From the IMG/VR virus record IMGVR_UViG_3300026076_000002: a stretch of DNA of 64,000 nt, one strand, 5' to 3'. The position numbers and the translations under genes are program-made. Numbering within the stretch: the first letter of the stretch is position 1; each line of letters opens with the position of its first letter. Positions 59,801 through 64,000 of the stretch are shown here, piece by piece. The stretch is from a virus. The notes under the pieces were generated by a model, which saw only the letters and a list, made by a program, of their open reading frames with translations, searched no databases and had not been told where the DNA came from.

Positions 59801-61608
59801 GTGGTATTACAGTTCAATCAGGTGACGGAAATAAGACATGGCAATATTCATCATCAGGCGATAACTTCACATCATCTGAGAACATTGACATTCAGTCAGG
59901 TAAAGTTCTTAAGATAGACAATACAGAAGTTCTAAGTGGTACTGAACTTTCTTCATCAATTACTGTTGATGCTGCTTCTGTTGATATTGACGGTGCTACC
60001 GATATCGGTGCTGACATCGTTGATGCTGATTTACTACTAATCGATGACGGTGCTGGTGGTACTAACAGAAAGACCACAGTTGCACGTGTTAAAGACTACG
60101 TATTAGGCGGTGGACAGGGTGCTAACTTCAGTGCCATTAACGTATCTGGAATGACAACATCCCAGAGTGTTGATGCTGAACAGTTAGACGTATCTGGTAT
60201 ATCATCACTTGGTCAGGTTTCTGCTAACACAATTAATGTTACAGGAGTTGCTACTGCTTCTGACTTCAGAGCAGCAAGTATTAAGAAAGTTGACGGTGGA
60301 TTAATTCCTCTAGTTGGTGTTTCTTCTGCTACTCACGCTGGTATTGTTACTGCATTTAAGTTCAACGGTACTGGACTTGAAAACTTTGTTGTTGAAGAAG
60401 AGATGGCAACCATCACCATTAGTGGTGTTGCTGCATCGACTTACACAACAAACCAGACAATAACTGCTGTACAGAACCAAACAACATTTACGTTCGGTGC
60501 TGGATACACAGACGGATTCGTTGATGTATACTTGAACGGTGTTCGCCTAGTTACAGGTACTGACTACACAGCATCAGATGGAGCAACAGTTGTTCTTGCA
60601 TCTGGATCAAATGCTGGTGATGAAGTTGAAATCGTATCATTTAAAGAACTTGGAGATCTAATCCATGTTCAATCAATTAAGACTGCTGGTGATCTTACAG
60701 TTTCAGGAATTGCTACTGCAACAGGATTCAGTGGTAACTTGACTGGTGTTGCTGTAACTGCAACAAACTTTACTGGTGATCTAACTGGTGACACAACTGG
60801 AACACACACGGGTAACGTAACTGGTGCTGTAACTGGTAACGTAACGGGTAACTTAACTGGTGACGTAACTGGAGACGTGACTGGTGATCTAACTGGTGAC
60901 GTAACTGGAGACGTAACTGGTGATGTTACAGGTAACGTAACTGGTAACTTAACTGGTGACGTAACAGGATCTATCACAGACACAGGCGATTCTACAATCG
61001 CTTACCTTAACTCTACAACGGTTAATGTAGGTGCTGGTTTAACTGTAGGTGGTGCTCTTGATGTTAACGGTGGTTCTAGCATTACTGGTGGAGAAACAAC
61101 CTTAAGTTCTGCTACTGTATCCGATTTAACTGCTGGAAGAGTTGTTATTGCTGGAACAAGTGGTGCTCTTGAAGATGACTCAACCTTAACATACTCAGGT
61201 GGTACTCTAAGTGCAACTAACCTGAATGTCTCTGGTAACCTCACAGTTGACGGCACAACAACTCAGATTAATACAACTAACACAACCATCGAGGACGTGT
61301 TACTTGAACTTCAAGTTGTTGACGGTGGTGCTTTAGGTAGTGATACCAACAAGGACGTTGGTATTGTGATGAACTACTATGACGGATCTGCTAAGAAAGC
61401 AGCGATGTTCTGGGATGACTCTGCTGGACGCTTTGTGTTCGGTGATGAAGTCACTGAGACATCTGGAGTCATGAGTTCCATAAGTTACGCTGGTCTAGAA
61501 GTTGGTTCTCTATACTTAAATGACTGTGCTGGTGCTTCACAGGTTATCTCCTGTAGCGGTACTACACGATCACTTGAGAACATAACCATTGACGGTGGAT
61601 CGTTCTAA
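56869..61608 (+). CDS. Long tail fibre protein (1579 aa), modular
   Basis: N-terminal IQFKRG...LRAGEPGF...LYVG anchor; TGDV repeats; internal duplications; C-terminal IDGGSF. Confidence 0.88.
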   Translation: MAAPVIQFKRGLFANLPGLRAGEPGFTTDKYDLYVGIDSTSSNNKFFGSHRYWTKEEAAAGSAVNLVEGSGNGSNYISLKSPASLAENLTLTFPSTITTDGYLKVAADGTLTWDDTLDATRVNSVGVGTVAFLQSTTVNVSSAATIGGTLTASGGVTGDLTGDVTGDVTGDVTGDLTGDVTGNVTGNLTGNVTSTGDNSFGQITSNQINNSGIVTTSAVHLGTEGNALRLTTSTISGPSTLTLDPAGVGDNTGTVVIAGDLQVDGTQTIVNSTTVNVTDKNIQLSTGAANDAAADGAGITADSGDGDKTFQFEATGDNWGSSENINLASGKVLKVANTEILSGTALAAAVDVSLESLDIDGATAIGADLENEDLFIVDDGAGGTNRKISAEDIKDYMLGGGAGANFAAINVSGISTVAFTKATTLTVGAGATVTGALDVDGGANIASGLTVTGGATVNSLGVTDLTSGRVVLAGTSGELEDSGNLTFSSGTLAVTGDATVSNDLTVSGNLVVDGTTTTINSTTVSVDDKNIELGSTASPTDASADGGGITLKGTSDKTFNWVDSTDAWTSSEKMDLATGKDYNIGETSVLNATTLGSGVVNSSLTSVGTLGSLTVSGGITGDLTGDVTGDITGSLAGATAGTLPLSAIDIDGGTDIGADIVDADEFIVDDSGNGTNRKVDASRIKDYVLGGGDGATFTAINVTGISTVAYVDATQLKVSGITTFSGAVNANGGATVQGGELTASSATVQDLTDNRVVIAGTGGALEDSGNLTFDGSTLAVTGAQTLSGDLTASSDVNVTGGLDVDGATTLDGLTVAEASTFNAAITASGGVVGDVTGDLTGDVTGDVTGDLTGNVTGNVTGDVTGDVTGDLTGDVTGSISGGTVAGSTGTFSGNVSGNQFATGASGSALIVTSDSITGPATFYLDPAGVGDNTGRVIIKGDLQVDGTQTIVNSTSVTVDDLNVMLADGAANDAAANGGGITVQSGDGNKTWQYSSSGDNFTSSENIDIQSGKVLKIDNTEVLSGTELSSSITVDAASVDIDGATDIGADIVDADLLLIDDGAGGTNRKTTVARVKDYVLGGGQGANFSAINVSGMTTSQSVDAEQLDVSGISSLGQVSANTINVTGVATASDFRAASIKKVDGGLIPLVGVSSATHAGIVTAFKFNGTGLENFVVEEEMATITISGVAASTYTTNQTITAVQNQTTFTFGAGYTDGFVDVYLNGVRLVTGTDYTASDGATVVLASGSNAGDEVEIVSFKELGDLIHVQSIKTAGDLTVSGIATATGFSGNLTGVAVTATNFTGDLTGDTTGTHTGNVTGAVTGNVTGNLTGDVTGDVTGDLTGDVTGDVTGDVTGNVTGNLTGDVTGSITDTGDSTIAYLNSTTVNVGAGLTVGGALDVNGGSSITGGETTLSSATVSDLTAGRVVIAGTSGALEDDSTLTYSGGTLSATNLNVSGNLTVDGTTTQINTTNTTIEDVLLELQVVDGGALGSDTNKDVGIVMNYYDGSAKKAAMFWDDSAGRFVFGDEVTETSGVMSSISYAGLEVGSLYLNDCAGASQVISCSGTTRSLENITIDGGSF

Positions 61609-61634
61609 AAGACGCTCATAAAACTCACATATAT

Positions 61635-61660
61635 AAGGGGACTACACAGTCCCCTTTTTT
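61635..61660 (+). terminator. Rho-independent terminator
   Basis: AAGGGGACT-acac-AGTCCCCTT-TTTT. Confidence 0.85.
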
Positions 61661-61663
61661 ATT

Positions 61664-62011
61664 ATGGATCCAGAAGTACAAGCATTATTAAACGTATATC
61701 AGAAACGTTTGAGTGATTCACAAGCACAGTCTATTGCATATGAAGCAAAGATAATGGTGTTGAATACTCAGATACAGCAGATGGGAGAAACAATAACTCA
61801 ATTACAATCAGCACCCCCACCCCCACCAGTACCAGCACCAGTTGCAGTAAGTAGGAGTCCTATTATGCAACCAGAACCTGAACCTACACCTGAACCACCA
61901 AAGGTTAAGGCAGTACCTGCATCTAAGGCAAAGAAAGCACCTAAGAGTAGGACGTTAAGAAATCAAAAACCTGCTGCGAAGAGTGCTGCTGCTAATGCTG
62001 GAGAATTTTAA
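61664..62011 (+). CDS. Coiled-coil protein with Pro/Lys-rich tail
   Basis: ORF track; N-terminal heptads, then PPPPPVP/PEPEP. Confidence 0.7.
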   Translation: MDPEVQALLNVYQKRLSDSQAQSIAYEAKIMVLNTQIQQMGETITQLQSAPPPPPVPAPVAVSRSPIMQPEPEPTPEPPKVKAVPASKAKKAPKSRTLRNQKPAAKSAAANAGEF

Positions 62012-62753
62012 AGAAGAACAATTAATATTTTACGTAGCAATACCTGGCAGTGGTTGGTCAAAACTATCACTGCTACTATCTTGCTGTAAAAAATTAAATC
62101 TTAATAATACTGACAGGTCTATAGAAAGACAGGAATGTGGTAAGAATGGAGTACCTGAAATAATACATCATAAAGGTGCTTACTGGGATCCTATGATGGA
62201 GTTTGGTGATGGGTTTGATGATATTGGTAAGAACTATACTAAGCAAGAGTTTATAGAGGAATGCTTAAAACCATTTAAAGAACATGATGATAGGAACTAT
62301 CTTATCAGATCTCATTTCTTTGCCGAGACTCATAACCTTAATTGGTTAACAGAGAACTTCCCTAACAATAAGATTATATGTGTTCTTAGAGAAAGGCAGT
62401 TAAGTTTAGAAGGTTGGTATTCTGGTATGACCTTTACTGGCAACTATCCTCAGTACAAAGCATGGATGGAATGGGAGCATAGACATGATGATGACCACCC
62501 ATCACATAAAAAGAAACTATGGTCTTTGATACAAAGACATGATAAGATGTTAAGGCAATGGGTATTGGAAAATGATAGTAGGGTATATGTAATAAATCCT
62601 AATAGAAGATTCTTAAATGATCTAGACTATTCTTGGGATAGAGAAGGCATAGAAGAATATAATAAACTGATGCTAATACACCAGTTTTATAAATGTGATT
62701 ATCCACATTACGATTCACCTTTTGTATTATACAACTGTAACGACTTATGGTAA
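61995..62753 (+). CDS. Sulfotransferase-like P-loop protein (family B, paralogue 1)
   Basis: AIPGSGWS, HKGAYWDP.MEFG, IRSH.F and CVLR. ATG 61995 is in frame with ORF 61983. Confidence 0.55.
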   Translation: MLENFKEEQLIFYVAIPGSGWSKLSLLLSCCKKLNLNNTDRSIERQECGKNGVPEIIHHKGAYWDPMMEFGDGFDDIGKNYTKQEFIEECLKPFKEHDDRNYLIRSHFFAETHNLNWLTENFPNNKIICVLRERQLSLEGWYSGMTFTGNYPQYKAWMEWEHRHDDDHPSHKKKLWSLIQRHDKMLRQWVLENDSRVYVINPNRRFLNDLDYSWDREGIEEYNKLMLIHQFYKCDYPHYDSPFVLYNCNDLW

Positions 62754-63523
62754 GAGATGAGCAATTAGTATTCTTTCTTGGTATACCAGGATCAGGATGG
62801 GCAAAGATAGACTCTTTGTTGAGGTGTTGTAGTAACTTTAAATTTAATATGTCTGACTACAACGAAGATCGTTGTATGAAGCATGAAGGAAGATATTACG
62901 TTGAACATAAGGGTCATTTCATAGGACCTGGTATGACATATGGTGAGAAGTTTGATGATATACCTGAGAATTATACTAAGGAAGAGTTTATACAAGAATG
63001 TATTAGACCGTATGAGGATATTAATGATAATGATAACTATATGATTAAGTGTCACTGGTTCTGTGAGGAACATAATATACGTTGGTTGTTTAAACATTTT
63101 CCCAATAATAAGTACATATGTGTACTAAGGGATAGAGACCTCTGTGATGACCGTTGGCTGACCTCTATGACGTTTGATAAGGATTACCCTAGATATACTG
63201 CTTGGATGGTTAAGGACGATCCTGACGAGTCTGCTGGTGTAGGTAATCACTGTAAGGAGAATGAAGATAACTTTAAAGAGATAAACCATAGACACAATGT
63301 ACAGTTAAGAGCGTTTGTAAGACGTACAAAGAACTCTGTTATTATATCTCCTACTAGGTTTACTTTAGGTAAGATGGGGTTTGTGTGGGATCAGAATGGT
63401 GAGTTTGAATACACTGCATATATAAGAAACTACTGCGTAGATTATTCAATTTATACCAGATCCCCCAGTTGGGATACTGCTATTGCATTTATTAATTGTG
63501 AGGATGAAATTGGTTATGGATAA
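62747..63523 (+). CDS. Sulfotransferase-like P-loop protein (family B, paralogue 2)
   Basis: GIPGSGWA, HKGHFIGPGM.YG, NYTKEEFI.EC, IKCH.F and CVLRD; tandem duplicate of the upstream gene. Confidence 0.55.
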   Translation: MVRDEQLVFFLGIPGSGWAKIDSLLRCCSNFKFNMSDYNEDRCMKHEGRYYVEHKGHFIGPGMTYGEKFDDIPENYTKEEFIQECIRPYEDINDNDNYMIKCHWFCEEHNIRWLFKHFPNNKYICVLRDRDLCDDRWLTSMTFDKDYPRYTAWMVKDDPDESAGVGNHCKENEDNFKEINHRHNVQLRAFVRRTKNSVIISPTRFTLGKMGFVWDQNGEFEYTAYIRNYCVDYSIYTRSPSWDTAIAFINCEDEIGYG

Positions 63524-64000
63524 ACCAACATTGTTCATGTGTATAGGTACAGGTTGGAGTGGTACAAGTCCACTGTACTATACTTTAGGAGATTGGAATA
63601 GATATTGTCATTGTGGACATTTAAAAGAAAACAAATATCTAGAGCACATATATCATTATAGTATTGGAGATTTTTATACTTTAGATAAAAAGAAGGTAAC
63701 ATTTCGTAGAGTAATGCATGAGACCTTCCGTGATGATCCAGATAATGAAAAATTTATGGGGTTTGGTTTAAGAGATAGACCAGCACAGGTGATGTATACA
63801 TCAGGTGCTAATGCTCATTGGGATAAAGAATTTGTAGATGATTTCTTCACACAACCACATACATGGGAAAAATATATTAACTACTATAAGACGCATTGGG
63901 AGGCAGTAGTTCAGAATGGGGAATATAAAGCAGTATCAGATTTTTCAGTTAATAACATTTATTTTCCAGAAGACTATGTACAGGAAATAGCAAGAGAATT
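63516..64000 (+). CDS. Sulfotransferase-fold protein (family A, paralogue 3), truncated by window end
   Basis: Hand translation MDKPTLFMCIGTGWSGTSPLYYTL..NRYCHCGHLKE...KYINYY..HW...YKAVSDFS. Confidence 0.7.
   Translation, partial: MDKPTLFMCIGTGWSGTSPLYYTLGDWNRYCHCGHLKENKYLEHIYHYSIGDFYTLDKKKVTFRRVMHETFRDDPDNEKFMGFGLRDRPAQVMYTSGANAHWDKEFVDDFFTQPHTWEKYINYYKTHWEAVVQNGEYKAVSDFSVNNIYFPEDYVQEIARE

Noticed and set aside
56869-61608. Diversity-generating retroelement acting on fibre genes
   Set aside because: No reverse transcriptase in the window. The repeated blocks differ at synonymous positions, not in an adenine-specific TR/VR pattern.

Overview
AT-rich 64-kb segment of a large T4-like marine cyanomyophage (Kyanoviridae-type gene order). 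It has five blocks. (1) 1-7.2 kb: tail-fibre genes plus a Tfa-like chaperone, facing a convergent KdsB/SIS/HAD/sulfotransferase-like sugar operon. (2) 7.4-20.7 kb: early region with the vWA/CobT-like and CobS/MoxR pair, a candidate structured RNA upstream of a KTSC-like gene, an apparently complete Type II restriction-modification pair, and an array of about 30 tiny ORFs. Seven copies of a palindromic early-promoter cassette punctuate this block. (3) About 20.65-20.86 kb: a hairpin-embedded sigma70 promoter with no ORF, where base skew appears to flip; candidate origin. (4) 20.9-31.5 kb: a largely late-promoter tailoring-enzyme cluster (2 radical SAM, 2 methyltransferases, sulfotransferase-like, amidinotransferase, SGNH, carbamoyltransferase, glycosyltransferase). 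(5) 31.9-64 kb: baseplate/tail module (gp25, gp6, gp7-like pair, gp8, DUF4815/VrlC-like, long fibre) followed by three more sulfotransferase-like genes. No tRNA, rRNA, CRISPR array, integrase or reverse transcriptase was seen. All calls come from reading motifs by eye; no database searches were run.
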